A DNA stretch of 63,681 nucleotides from Perkinsus olseni. Taxonomy: Eukaryota. The stretch covers positions 1 through 63,681 of the forward strand of contig JABANN010000134.1 in the NCBI GenBank assembly GCA_013115125.1, read 5' to 3'. Positions 1 to 13,201 of this stretch are shown here, one piece after another. Position numbers and translations under genes: made by a program. The notes beneath the pieces are model-generated. The model searched no databases. It was not told where the DNA came from and saw only the letters and a program-made list of their open reading frames with translations. Every line of letters starts with the position of its first letter. Position 1 is the stretch's first letter.

Positions 1-776
1 TTATTCAAGTTAGCCTTTTTCTTGAGACCTTAATGGCACTGAGTTCAGTCCAGGGCGGCTTACCCCCAACAATGTCGAGATTCATTCATTCTTTCGCTAT
101 TGAAGCTTCTTGGAGAGTGCTGTTGTAGTTCTGACAGTGCATATTACTGCTCCGCCTACAGCCGCCGAAGCTGGCCCAAACCGTGACGCATTCAATGCCC
201 GTAACACAACTCATTTCCTGGACAAGGGTCTTGAAAAATGGCTGTGCCAAATGAGAACCATGCATTATGAATGAATGGTGATTGCCTCGTTACACTCTCC
301 TCCAACCACCGCCACTGCTGCGAGTGCTCAGGTCTCATCTAATGAATCGATATCTGAATCCCACTCCAAGGTCTCTGCCACGGAACCTACGTCGGCGAGG
401 CTGTCCTCACGACGACGATAGCAGTCACGCCATCAGGAGAACGACGCACCTGCTTCCTCGGTGGGCCCTGCTTGATAAGCTGCCTCCTTGCCTGGAGGAG
501 CACCCCATTCAGTATCAGAGCGGGACTAGCAAGAACGATCATCGCTTCGCTTATCTACGCTTCGCCTGACCTCCGTCTGATCGATCCTCACTGTATCACT
601 CGAGGCATGAGGGGGAGTGAGGGGCCCCCTACTCGAAGATATCTGAAATGAATTCGGATAGGAGTGAACTTGCCGGCGTTCTGCTCACGTCCGAGAGTGG
701 CCCGATCGATGCGACACGTTCTAGTCTGAGGCTCGCTGCATCGGTGACCAACAGCCGATCCCGAAGCCGCCCCATA

Positions 777-1358
777 TCAGATCGGATTATCCGAACGTCT
801 TGCCCCAGAGCCAGGACTTGAGACTACCACAGCAACCAGATCGTCTCTCGATCCCCCCACAAGTGGCAAGGTAATCACTTGTAGTGCCATAGTGCTCTTC
901 CCCATGTCATGAACCTCCGCCTCCCTGTTGTCCAGATCATCCAGTAACCTCGTCAACCCCTCTGGATCCAACTGTGATTGACGGAGTTCCGCTCTCAACT
1001 TCTGAATGAGATGCGCGATTCTTCGTAGCCGCGTCCGACGCGTTTCCTCGATGGCGAGGCCGATCTAGAGATCCATTGACACAGCAGAGTAAGCTACCTC
1101 AACAGCATCTCGTGCTTCCTCCTGAATGGTGTGAATGAGATCACGTTGTGCGTTGAGCTCCGTTCGAACTTCCTCCATGAATGATTTCAACGAATCTGCC
1201 ACTTGACTTGAATTCGGACAGCTGCAGGTCTGCAAAGAGGCAACTGGAAGCATTCTTAAGACTGGAGAAGTCACCTGCATACAAGCAGCCCTGCTCGGGT
1301 CGGTACGGGTAGACAGAAGATCCGTTTCAGATCCGCTTGCTCCCCGAGGAAGCTCCAC
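777..1358 (-). pseudogene. Decayed coiled-coil-rich ORF, probably an element (gag-like) remnant
   Basis: ORFs 1065..1358 and 777..998 are in the same frame, separated by an in-frame TAG. The sequence is helical/heptad-like (LKSFMEEVRTELNAQRDLIHTIQEEARDAVE). No introns; it lies in a gene-poor region. Confidence 0.35.
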
Positions 1359-2026
1359 GGTTGAGTGCTTATCGAGATCGACTTTGGTCGGCTAACAGAT
1401 CGAGACTCGCAATTGAGAAATCAGGGTTGCACGATTGCAGTACTGACTGGTTGTGGACTACTACGATGATACGAGAACTGAACAAAAGTCGGACTGCGAG
1501 AACACCGGCCCTTAAATCAAACCCTACTGTGCACTCTCTGGCAGAGGGAACGAGGTCATGACTGATGCATCAGCACCATCACGATGTTGACGCTCCAGTT
1601 TGACTATAAATAAGAACCCACCACGCAATATTCCCGAGGTAGTCAGAAGCCGAGGAACGACAGTAATGGCAGAGCGACGCCTACGAAAGTATCGACGACA
1701 GAATTCCTCCTCGTTTTGAGACCATCCTCAATGACGTTCATGTCGAGCGATCCAGGATGGCCCTTGACCGAGGCGGCCTCAGCATGACTCCCGATTGGTG
1801 TTGATTGCGCTGTTGACACAGCCGTCGAGTACACCTAGAGCGGTTACACGAGTGTCACTGTCGCCACGCTATCAAAAGGCATCCGACTTCACGGAGGTTA
1901 TGAGTGGATTCGCTTGAAGCTCCGCAACTTGGCAGTTCCTTTGACTTCAAATCAACCGGAGTCACAGTGGTGGTGATCTGCAAGATAACCTCGACCTCCC
2001 TGAGTCCCTCACGACGACGATAGAGC

Positions 2027-2843
2027 CTACCTCCGCTGACAAGCGCCGATGGCACCGCGCGCCCTCGAACGAGCCCGAGCGGATGGCAGAAGAGCAGCTC
2101 TGCCGGCGAAGTGGCGTAGAGTGCAGTTGATCGCTGGCAGCTTCCGCATGTCGTTTGATAGCAGGGGTAGGAGACGCTGCGTGAGGTAGGTCCGGTGGGG
2201 ACGGCGGTGTTGGCGATGGAGCGCGCTGAACGGGACGACAGCGCGACATACTGAGGAAGGGCGTGCTAGTATGGGCTGAGAACTGTTACCAGTGCGCTTG
2301 AGGGTTGCGAGGATTGGTCCGTAGGATTCCGAATGCGCTGCCACGTAAACTGCTTGGGTCCCCGATGATCGCCTGAAAGGGGAGAAATTCCGCGCACTTC
2401 TGGTGGACAGCGAGCAAAATGAGTTGCCTCGTACTGCCCGTCCACACCACTCTGCCTCCCTCGGACCGCTCGAACTTGAGAGGGCCAGCCCACACCTGAA
2501 CATCACGGCACTGTAATCGCCCGTTTCCGGCTGACCCAAGAGAGTTCCTGACCTGTGGTTGTCGGTCAGGCCCTCGCACCACGCGTAGTTGTATGCATCG
2601 TTCTTGCCGAACGAGTCTCTTTGAGCCGGCAGGCATAATATCGCCAGGAGAGACCTTCTCCTGCCTGAGCACGGTACTTACACGGAGCTTCTCCCGCACA
2701 GAAGCGCCCACTTGTAACAATGAATGTTGCCATCCTGCGCCACGAAATAGTAAGTGCCGCTGCCAGAACCGCTGATCCACCACCCCTGGAGTTTTGCAAT
2801 CGCCCTGAAGAGGTCGTACCCTGGACTCAGCAAGTTCCGCCAC
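2027..2843 (-). mobile_element. Degenerate retroelement-like polyprotein fragment (dispersed repeat copy 1)
   Basis: Frameshifted ORFs. 2641-2727 is homologous at the nucleotide and protein level to 13428-13514 (SVREKLRVSTVLRQEKVSPGD vs SVREEPYVSVVYREQKVSPGD). The element class is inferred. Confidence 0.4.
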
Positions 2844-5800
2844 TCATGCCGGAACTCACTCGGAGATCTCCTTCTGGCTGAGGGCCGTCTGTGTGATGAC
2901 GTTGTGGATGCTGAAAGATGGGGCGAGAAGGCCGCTACCCGAGGAGAAGCTTCCCGCTGTCCCCAGCTGTTGAGGAATCATAGTCTGGAAGGCATGCACG
3001 GTGAAGCTGGTTAAAGGGCGCTGCTTACCCGACTGAGGAGGCCCGTGGTAGGGATCGAGGGCGGAGGGGCCATACTGCTGCCTAGAAGCGTAGTTTGCAT
3101 CGTCGTTTCGACGGAAACCGTATGTAAAGAAAAATCCAACTGCCATCATACCGCGGGAATTTGTGGTCAAGAGCATTCCGTCCGACAGCGCTGGATCGAT
3201 GGGGACATCACTATCTACGACTCATGACCTGCTCAACCAAAGATGCATTCAGAAGGAGACTAAGTCGAGATCGCGTTTATGGGCCTAGTCTGCATAGCAT
3301 GCATGATTTGGCCTTCATTGGTGAGAAAGGGAGCAATACACGAAATACTGTGCACTCTCGGAGGTAGAGGGCACGCTTCATTGGAAAACATAGGCCTCCA
3401 TCCATAGAGTCGTCGGCAACAGGCCTTGACTTGCCAAGATACGTGAGCAGTACCGTTTTTCATCACCCGCTGGAGAAGCTTCCCCCTGCACGAGGTGCAT
3501 GCTGTCACCGCCGTCCCATCCCGAAAAGTTATCATATCGTCATCGAATACTGAGAACAGCCTCACACACCTAAATCATACGCTACTTCCGAAATGACGAC
3601 GAACGGATTGAAGTTCACTCATTGAAAACCTCATTTTGAGGATGCTACGCCGGTGAATCACACAATCCCAGCAAAGACCCGACTGAACAGAGAGAAGGCC
3701 AGCCGGGAGTCAACCCAGTCACAGCGAGTGTCACTGCTCAGGATATGCGTTGGGGCATAGCGCATTGAGAACAAGTGTAGTGTTCCCGGCTTGACCAAAC
3801 CGTTCACTAGAGACAGCAGGAAGCTCGCCACCCTTACAACTCGACGGAAACTGTGACATAGGGGAAATGGGTTAAACTCTTGATACTTCTTAAATAAGCC
3901 ATACATTACAACGTGGGTCTCAATAGTAACTACTAGCCTCACGCTAGAGACAGTACACAAGGAGTGCTAAGATATCATTGCCCTATACAGGCCATGGGGA
4001 CAGATCGGCCACAATAATGTATTACAGTAGGCAATCATTGAAAAGGCGGTTCACTACAAAGTCCATGAGCGAGCTCGAACTGATGAGCCGGCCTAGCCAG
4101 TCGGGGCGAGGCAATCCAGAAGAGCTCCGCATCGGTGTCACATCGGAGCCAATCCGTGCCGAAAATAATACCCACGGCTCCACCACATCGAGGAGTGGCG
4201 CCCAGGGTTTTAGCTCGATACGGTACACACAGTTGCAAGGTCAGAAGGGGCCTATCATAGGCCGTCCATGCTATCGTGCAAGGCTTCGGCGTTCTCATAA
4301 GAGCGTTGGCAATGCTTTGCATCACACGTAGGACAGTTCTACGTCAGTGTAAGCACGCGAAAAGAGCAAAATGAAATTGTGGATTCCACGACGTTGACGC
4401 ACATACATCTACCGGTACGCGGTCACCACGGATAATTGTCAACGTGAGCCGAGGAGCGACGAGCCCGCAAGATAAGTATCTTCGCCCAACATATCCAACG
4501 GTTTCAAAGTATCCGCGCCGGTCACTCGGGGATCGTCTCTGATTGCAACTGTGACTAAAATCTAATCCCCAAGTCTAATCAGCTAAGCTTTTTCAACATA
4601 GTGTCCGGTAACGGCTTCAACTACTGGTTCTGCGTGGTTCGAACCGTTCAAATCGAACGTCACTAGCTCCCTGGTCCGCTGTGTCTCTGCCACGAGTCGT
4701 GGCCCACGACTTGGGCAGGTGATTAGCTATAGATAGCTATCAGAAGTATTGAGCTTGACGACTGTGATGGTTGGTTCATAGATGGACGTGAACTCTCTCT
4801 ATTTCAAGATTAAGGCGTTGCCAGCTGGAGCCATCCCCGATGTCACCCCACGCGGGGTCGACGTCCATTCTGTGCTCTTCGTGAAAGGCTTCACCCCGTG
4901 ACCGCGCATCGGATCGTCATTTGCTACTGTTGGTAATCGATGATAATAAGGCTGGCAACACAATAGTAAAGAGAGACACAAGTATCAGATAATACTTGAG
5001 CAGCGATCAACAAGATTGACAAGAGTGCCAGCAATAATCCTCAAGAGAGTCCTCAGAAGACTCTACTTCCTCGCACCGAACACCGCAAGTCTACTCTTTC
5101 AGATTGATCCACATGCACGCACACATCCACGCATGCACACATAAGCTACGCTTTAGCCACCAGCGCCCGCAATAAACTGTCTTCTTCGACGCAATTTGCC
5201 GAACAGACTCCCATATATGGCGTGACCCAGGCCGCGTGGGAGTGGTTCTCATTCGGAGTAGATTGGTGCTCGACGATTTTGGCTCATACTCATAGTTGAT
5301 TAGACTGTAGTTGCGGATTAGTCGCTGTATTCTCTCGTACCCCTCACCACTTTCGTTTTCGCGTTTCGATCATGTTCCACAGTGTGTACTGCACATGGTT
5401 AGGGATTTTGGGGTTGAGGGATGATGCTGCCACTGGTTACAGCCCCTGAGTGCGTTGGTTGTGGTATGGGCGATGCGCCAATAGGCGTGTGATGCCCCGG
5501 TGATAGGCGTTGCGTTGCCGAAGAGAATCGATTCACACGCAGTCAAGTTATAGAGCTATAAGAGCTGAGAGGCCTCGCCAAACATGGTCGAACGGAGTTC
5601 AAAGACTCCTGCCACACAATGTACATCGAATAGAGGCATAACGCATTGTGTAATGAGTGGGGCATATTACGGCCGAATAATTACGCTAGAATTTCACACA
5701 ACGGGAGTGCATCTGCAGTGTTTTCCCTGGGCGTTTCCCAGCCGCGAGCTAATAGCAATGCCTGCCCTGAAATGAGGAGATACTAAGGCCCATGGCACCT

Positions 5801-6328
5801 CCTTTGTCCTGGGCGAGAAGCCCACTTGCATGAAAACCAGTCAATGCTACATCAACACTGCGTTGAGTCTGTTAGTTCCACCGTATCTGTGCAACAAGCC
5901 CTAACTACACGGAAACAATGAAGCCTGTATTGGTCCCTGCCGCAGTTCATAGGAAGAATGAAAGGTTGCCGCCGCTGATGCTCAAATGGATGGTACAAAA
6001 CCTGAGCACTCTGTGGGGGGCAGTTCCGTGCCTCTCCACTCGTTTGGGACCACTCGTTCGAGAATGTTACTCTTCAGAGCTCCCGCCCGGAATGGTGGAG
6101 CCGATTGTGCGTTCGAGACCGGCCAATTCTCGAACCAAAAGGTGGCAAGTGCCTTGTCGGACAACTCGGGCGTTCCGTCCGCAACAGTTGGAGTTACTCC
6201 TCAGTGACGCCCGCTCTCTTGCACGCAAGTACATAGCTGTCTCCTGGCGCGGGCGGAACATGTTTCTCCCTCGAGCAAATGCGTATGGTTTAACTCAGCA
6301 GCAGCCGCATTTCAGTTCTCACTCGACC

Positions 6329-8365
6329 ATGAGACTCAATAATCTCTCGCTCGCCATCTTGCTTCCGGCTGCTGTTGCCTTTGAGCCAGTACAGATCGCC
6401 AATGGTCCAATATCTGGACTTGTGGTACGGAAGAATACTACACTACAACAGCCTATCGTCCAGGATGTGGAGATCTTCTACGGCATCCGCTATGCGGAGC
6501 CTCCTGTAAAAAAACTCAGGTTTCGACCCCCTCAGCCCTACACCTCTGAAAACTGGACCTGCGCCCGCCGCATGGTCACGCCTGGAGCTTCATGTGTCCG
6601 GCTGGCCTTGAACTTCCTAGGGGATACTGGAGATATCATTGGCCAGGAAGACTGCCTCTTCCTCAATGTGCATCGGCCCTCAACTGCGGAGTGTGGTACC
6701 TCCCGACTTCCAGTCATGTTCTGGATTCATCGTGGGGGCTATGTTAATGGTCGTGGACTGTCAGACAATGGTACCGCCTTGGCGGCGACACACAACGTTA
6801 TTGTTGTCACGGTGAACTACAGGCTGGGCCACTTAGGATTCTTTGGTTCCCAGAGCTCTCTTTCACAAGAAGGCACAACTGGCAATTGGGGGACCTTGGA
6901 TACTCAGCTAGGTCTGAAGTGGGTCCAACAGAACATCGAGGCCTTTGGTGGGGATAAGAACAGAGTCATGTTGTTCGGAGAGTCTGCCGGGGCGTTTACT
7001 GTTATGTGGCACATCGCAGCCCCGGGAAGTAAAGGCCTCTTCCACCCGGCCATTATGCAATCTGGAACGACTTCGACTCCGTTGTTCTTCCAGAAAAAGA
7101 CAGACTCTTTCAGATATTACGACTGGGTAGCAACTGAACTTGCGGGCTGTCAAGATGCCGATGATCTCGATTGCCTCCGTCGAGTTGATCCAAAGAAATT
7201 GGCCATACCAGATGGAGTCCGCTTTGACTCGGCTCGTGCGCCAAACTGGGCATCGACGTTGTTCCCCAACTTGCCTGTGGGTCCTACTGTCGACGGAGTA
7301 ACACTACCCGACGTCCCCCTTCGTGTGGTTGAGAAGGGTAATCATAATGACGTCCCACTTATCGTGGGGTTCAACAGGGGCGAAGGCTCGCTGTTCGGCT
7401 TTCTTCTCCCGAGAGTGGTCCCGCGTCTCCGAATGCCTCTAAGAGAGCCGGGGCTTCGCAGAACCCTGGACTACTTCTTGCAGAACGAGACCGCTGCCAA
7501 GGAAATCGAAAAGTTCTATCCCCGGGAGCAATACTCCTCTCTCTACGGCCCCGAAAATGGTCCTTTTGAACAGGCTTTCTCCTTCATGAGAGACTCTCTT
7601 TTTCACTGCCCCGGTAGACAACTCGCCGAAGCTCTGGTGAAGAACGGCAAGTCCTCGACCTGGATGTATTCTTTCGACAAACCAGATCTCTTCGGGCAGC
7701 TTGGAAGCTTTCGGCTTGGAATACTGTCTCCTGCTTACGGGAATTCAACTGTGGCCCAGCTGAGCAACTTCCACTCAGCCGAACTCCCATTCGTGTTCAA
7801 GGACTTCGGCGAAAACCCGGCTAACTTCTCTAGACCTTCGCTATCGTTAATCACTAAGTCATATACGGCTCGTCCTCCTCGCCAGCCCCGTGACGCCTTT
7901 CATCGCATTAGCGATGCCTTCTCCTGCATGTGGACTCATATGGCCTCCCATGGAAGTCCGACGGATCCACAGCAACACTGCCCGGGGTTACCTGATGGAG
8001 CTATCCCTCCGTGGTTGCCTTACAACTCAAGCCTCGATGGCTGCCAGGCTCATGGTGTCTACATGCACATCGGCGATCAGTTAAGCATGCAGGCTTGGAG
8101 ATCCAACAACATCTACCCAGATAATGAGATGCCGTCTATTGAACAATGTCAGTTATGGAATGAGCACTCGTTTGAGTTCCGCAACCTTCGTGCCGATCTA
8201 CCAGGAGTAACGACAGCATCTCCAACTACGCCTAGTCCCGCTCCGAACGCACCGACTCTTGCTCCTATCACGCCGACTCCTGCTCCTACCAGTCCTCTAT
8301 CTTCTGCCCACCGCAGAGGAGGATTTCTCCTGGTATTGTTCGGAATCCTGGCGCTGGTGTTATGA
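6329..8365 (+). CDS. Type-B carboxylesterase/cholinesterase-family enzyme; secreted, probably GPI-anchored; intronless (678 aa)
   Basis: Signal peptide MRLNNLSLAILLPAAVA. Family motifs EDCLFLN, WIHRGGY, NYRLG, nucleophile GESAG, acid GFNRGEG and His NFHSAEL. Ends in a Thr/Pro stalk and hydrophobic tail SSAHRRGGFLLVLFGILALVL. ATG 6329 was chosen because the paralog starts at the equivalent position. Confidence 0.92.
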   Translation: MRLNNLSLAILLPAAVAFEPVQIANGPISGLVVRKNTTLQQPIVQDVEIFYGIRYAEPPVKKLRFRPPQPYTSENWTCARRMVTPGASCVRLALNFLGDTGDIIGQEDCLFLNVHRPSTAECGTSRLPVMFWIHRGGYVNGRGLSDNGTALAATHNVIVVTVNYRLGHLGFFGSQSSLSQEGTTGNWGTLDTQLGLKWVQQNIEAFGGDKNRVMLFGESAGAFTVMWHIAAPGSKGLFHPAIMQSGTTSTPLFFQKKTDSFRYYDWVATELAGCQDADDLDCLRRVDPKKLAIPDGVRFDSARAPNWASTLFPNLPVGPTVDGVTLPDVPLRVVEKGNHNDVPLIVGFNRGEGSLFGFLLPRVVPRLRMPLREPGLRRTLDYFLQNETAAKEIEKFYPREQYSSLYGPENGPFEQAFSFMRDSLFHCPGRQLAEALVKNGKSSTWMYSFDKPDLFGQLGSFRLGILSPAYGNSTVAQLSNFHSAELPFVFKDFGENPANFSRPSLSLITKSYTARPPRQPRDAFHRISDAFSCMWTHMASHGSPTDPQQHCPGLPDGAIPPWLPYNSSLDGCQAHGVYMHIGDQLSMQAWRSNNIYPDNEMPSIEQCQLWNEHSFEFRNLRADLPGVTTASPTTPSPAPNAPTLAPITPTPAPTSPLSSAHRRGGFLLVLFGILALVL

Positions 8366-8899
8366 GCAGAGTGTACCATTGTCTCTTCATCGCTTATCGA
8401 ACACTATCAAGTATCATTCTCTGTTTTCTGAAGATCAAGATTCATCAATGGTTCGACTATCTTCTTTCATCTCACGCTGCGAGCAGAAGGTTTCGTTCTC
8501 ACGAGTGCGTTCTACGAATTTCGTAGTACGAAACCAATGGCACACCGAGTGGGAGAATGTTCCGCGCTGATATGAAAGGTTCGTCAAAGAAGAGTGTTAG
8601 GCCCAGGTAGCAACGGATATACGCATCTGGATGAATGCACGATTCTGCCACAGCACAATCTGATGCATTCGGCGCTAATTATCAATCTTGGGTACTCAAT
8701 GTCACTATTCACGACACGTGGTCTGCTCGACACAAGATCTAGTCGAAAGGAGATTAAGTCGTAACGTGTTCAAGGATCTATACCATTCAGAAGTCTATTT
8801 GGCGGATATGGCCGCCTATATGGGGGTCGAGGATTTCACGTTGGCGAGTGGAGACATCAGCAAATTGGCGGTAGGGTCGAGATGGGGGGATAAAATTGG

Positions 8900-9025
8900 C
8901 GGATAAGGAAGTCATTTTAGCGGCCGGCCTCAAATAAGGAAATCAACTTAGCGAATAAGGCCCTCAGCGTCATCATTAAGGGAGTCAATTTCGCCGATAA
9001 GGATATCAATTGCACGGATCAACTT
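8900..9025 (+). repeat. Degenerate ~21-nt repeat, about 5 units (consensus near GATAAGGAAATCAATTTAGC)
   Basis: Units ggataaggaagtcattttagc, aaataaggaaatcaacttagc, attaagggagtcaatttcgcc, gataaggatatcaattgcacg. Confidence 0.55.
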
Positions 9026-10483
9026 TGACCTGGAATCTTCGGACATCCAACTCCGCACGACGATCCGGGAAGCCGAGTGTCGCCGAGGGCACTGACCTCA
9101 GGTCAGGACAGAAACACCCACTTGATCGTCCTTAGAGTGTAAGTCGTGTGTTGCTAAGTCGTAGTAGCTAGGAACAGTTTTGCTCGTCGATCGACGCATA
9201 GATCTCAGAGGCACCCATCAGAAGGCGGAAAAGAAGGAGCATTCTCAGGGCCTCGTGTTCCGGCGGCTCAACGAGGGCATCGCTCGGTCGGGCGTAAGCA
9301 CTGAGGCCACGTATAAAACTGGCTAAAAGGGAGTATGTTGTTCGCGGGAGTTCTATCCCATTTGAAATACGAAATACAACTCCTGAAATGAGCTCGATAC
9401 TTGCTCCTGCAGGTAGATCGACGTGAAATTCGCGGAGCAGAGAGTCAATCCACTGCACCGCGTTCCTGGCTTCAGGAGAGGTCTACGTGCTAGAGCGGCT
9501 CCTCCTCGCGGTAACCGTGTCGGCGGGAGCGGCAAGCTAGGTGTGTGATGACAGTAACTCCCTACGTGGATTGCGCGCACGCCAAGGCCAGTTCTACCAT
9601 CACTATAATTGTCAGACTGAGTCTCTATAGTCTCTTTCCATCTACTCGTACGAGGCCAGTATCTTTATTGTGCTTCGCCGTCCCCTTCAAGCCAGCACGC
9701 ATGCGCATAGCGTGAGTGACCTTTCTCTCTGTCCTCTGAGGTATCGTACCACTTGGACTTTGTCAAAGTCACAAAGTCACTTAAGGTATTCTGGCGGCAT
9801 TGGCTCAGCTTAGACTCTGGGCTAATATCTGCAAACGTATATCGGATAACGGACGTTGTTGCGTTGAAACCCTCACAGGTGGAGCTTGCTCCCCCGCAAT
9901 AGCTTAGCTATTTGGTCGCGTACCCCAATGAGCTGCGGGGAACTCGGGAACCACTCACTTCTGCCGGACTTATTGACTAGTTACTAGTCATACTGCCATA
10001 CTGTATGGCATCTTCATCAGGTATTATCATCCTCATTTGCTAATGAATCACTGGCTCTAAAACGGATTCAGAGTTGTCACTGGGGAGGACCTTGCTGGAG
10101 CCTGGTTAATATGTCAGACGCACGCACTGGTGGGTGATCCAGCTGAGCGCTACAGGCTAGCGAGCGTACGTCTTTGAACATATTGTTAGATTTCGCAAGG
10201 ACTTCGATGGGAGGCTAGTTCCAACAACCTACTAGACAACCGCAACAATTTCGAATGGTTGTCCGGCATCCACAACCCCAGACCTCTGCGTCATGGGACG
10301 TTCGAACGGGAGCGAGTGCCGAGTTGGGAAATGGAGAGGTTCCGTCCGCGCTTCGTCCGTTAGAAATCCTATTTCGCACGCGACTGCATAGCTGTCGCCT
10401 AGCGCGAGCGGACTAGAATTCCCCCCCGAGAAGACGTGTATCATTTAGTTGAACAGCGGCCGAATTTCAGTTTACACTTCATT

Positions 10484-12522
10484 ATGGGACTCAATCACCT
10501 TTCACTCGCCATCTTGCTGCCGGCTGCTGTTGCCTTTCAGCCGGTACAGATCGCCAACGGCCCGATATCTGGACTTGTGGTACAGAAAGATACTACACTA
10601 CAACAGCCTATCGAGTGAGATGTAGAGGTCTTCTTCGGAATCCGCTACGCTCAACCTCCCGTCGGGGAACTCAGGTTCCGACCACCTCAGCCCTACACCT
10701 CTGAGAGTTGGACCTCCACCCGTCCCATGGTTACGCCTGGAACTTCATGTGTCCGAGTGGTCGCGAACTTTCTAGGAGACACCGGTGAAATAGAAGGACA
10801 GGAAGACTGTCTCTTTCTCAATGTGTACAGGCCCTCAACTGCGGAGTGTGGTACCTCCCGACTTCCAGTCATGTTCTGGATTCATCGTGGGGGCTATGTT
10901 AATGGTCGTGGACTGTCAGACAATGGTACCGCCTTGGCGGCGACACACAACGTTATTGTTGTCACGGTGAACTACAGGCTGGGCCACTTACGATTCTTTG
11001 GTTCCCAGAGCTCTCTTTCACAAGAAGGCACAACTGGCAATTGGGGGACCTTGGATACTCAGCTAGGTCTGAAGTGGGTCCAACAGAACATCGAGGCCTT
11101 TGGTGGGGATAAGAACAGAGTCATGTTGTTCGGAGAGTCTGCCGGGGCGTTTACTGTTATGTGGCACACATAATGACACCGGGAAGTAAAGGCCTCTTCC
11201 ACTCGGCCATTATGCAATCTGGAACGACTTCGACTCCGTTGTTCTTCCAGAAAAAGACAGACTCTTTCAGATATTACGACTGGGTAGCAACTGAACTTGC
11301 GGGCTGTCAAGATGCCGATGATCTCGATTGCCTCCGTCGAGTTGATCCAAAGAAATTGGCCATACCAGATGGAGTCCGCTTTGACTCGGCTCGTGCGCCA
11401 AACTGGGCATCGACGTTGTTCCCCAACTTGCCTGTGGGTCCTACTGTCGACGGAGTAACACTACCCGACGTCCCCCTTCGTGTGGTTGAGAAGGGTAATC
11501 ATAATGACGTCCCACTTATCGTGGGGTTCAACAGGGGCGAAGGCTCGCTGTTCGGCTTTCTTCTCCCGAAAGTGGTTCCGGGTCTCCAAATGCCCCTAAC
11601 AGAGCAGGGGCTTCGCAGAACCCTAAACTACTTCCTGCAGAACGAGACCGCTGCCAAGGAAATTGAAAAGTTCTATCCTCTGGGGCAGTATTCCTCTGTC
11701 TACGGTCTTGACAACGGTCCCTTCGAACAGGCTTTCGCCTTCATGAGAGACTCCTTATTCCACTGTCCTGGCAGACAACTCGCCGAAGCTCTGGTGAACA
11801 AGGGCAAGTCTTCGACCTGGATGTATTCTTTCGACAAAGCAGATCTCTTCGGCCCGCTGGGAAGCTTTCGGCTCGGAATACTGTCCCCTGCATACGGGAA
11901 TTTAACTGTGGCCCAGCTGGGCAACTTCCACTCAGCCGAACTCCCATTCGTGTTCAAGGAATTCAGCGAAAACCCGGCTAACTTCTCTAGACCTTCGCTA
12001 TCGTTAATCACTAAGTCATATACGGCCCATCCTCCTCGCCAGCCGGGTGACGCCTTCCATCGCATTAGCGATGCCCTTTCTTGCATGTGGACTCACATGG
12101 CCTCCCACGGAAGTCCGACGGGTCCACAGCAACACTGCCCGGGGTTATCTGATGGAGGTATCCCTTCGTGGTTGCCTTACAACTCAAGCCTCGATGGCTC
12201 CCAGGCTCAGGGTGTCTACATGCACATCGGCGATGAGTTGAGCATGTGGCCTTGGAGATCCAACAACGTCTACCCCGATAATGAGATGCCGTCTATTGAA
12301 CAATGTCAGTTATGGAATGAGCACTCGTTTGAGTTCCGCAACCTCCGTGCCGATCTACCAGGAGTAACGACGGGATCTCCAGCTACGCCTAGTCCCGCCC
12401 CTACCACACCTACTCCTGCTCCCACCACGCCGACTCCTGCTTCTACCAGTCCTATATCCTCGGCCCACCACAGGGAAGGATTCCTTTTGATGTCGTTCGG
12501 AATCCTGGCGCTGCTGTTATGA
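10484..12522 (+). pseudogene. Carboxylesterase paralog with a premature stop and a frameshift
   Basis: Collinear with 6329-8365. In-frame TGA at 10616-10618 (CAG in copy 1) and a 2-nt insertion near 11166-11169 (CACACATAATG) just after GESAG. Downstream homology continues to about 12795. Confidence 0.88.
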
Positions 12523-13201
12523 GCAGAGTGTACCATTGTCTATTCACCGTCTATCACAACACTATCAACTTAGTTGATTCAACCACCATTTTTTGTTTTC
12601 TGAAGATCTAGATTCATCAATCGTTTGAGTATCTTCTTTCATCTCACGCTGCGGGCAGAAGGTTTCGTTCTCATCAATGCGTTCTACGGAGCCCATGAGA
12701 CACCGAGTGGGGGAATGTTCCGCGCTGATCTCAAAGGTCCATCGAAGAAGAGTGTTAGCCTAAGACAGCAGCGGATATACCCATCTGGATGAATGATCTA
12801 ATTGTTAATCTTGGGCGATCAATGTTATTCTTGAAACAAATATAGTCAATCTTGAATGGCACAAGAATAGGCCTGCCAACGTTGTCAAGCAGACCAGTTG
12901 TAGCCTATCAATCTTAAACCAGACGGTGTGATATTCTCGAATCCTAATTGTTATTCATGGTATCAGCACTGTCAGTAATGTCTGCTCAACTGCACTCTCA
13001 ACCTTCCTCAATTGACTATTGCACTCTCAATTGACTCTCCCCACTGCATCACCTTCCTCAGTGGACGAATAATTCTGAGCACTCCTCATGTCGCCTGAGC
13101 ACTTTTTCTGCTCAATTTCCTCACCGTGACCCCGTACTAACGTTCCGGTGTGGTCTTTGACTACACCAGCCACAACGAAATAAAGACTTTAGTCCACGCA
13201 T

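Noticed and set aside
3040-3560. Possible second zinc-finger/hAT transposase relic (GPYCCLEA...)
   Set aside because: Many stops and too little motif to call without a homology search.
5276-5286. ATTTTGGCTCA partial spliced-leader match
   Set aside because: Only 11 nt and about 1 kb from the nearest gene start; compatible with chance.
5918-6328. 137-aa N-terminal extension of the 815-aa esterase ORF
   Set aside because: The signal peptide and paralog homology begin at ATG 6329, so the upstream open frame is probably incidental.
9168-9458. 96-aa minus-strand ORF with protein-like composition
   Set aside because: No recognisable motif or consistent exon chain; may be a gene or element fragment but cannot be supported.
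10616-10618. TGA as selenocysteine or readthrough in esterase copy 2
   Set aside because: It aligns to Gln rather than Cys, and a downstream frameshift also breaks the gene.
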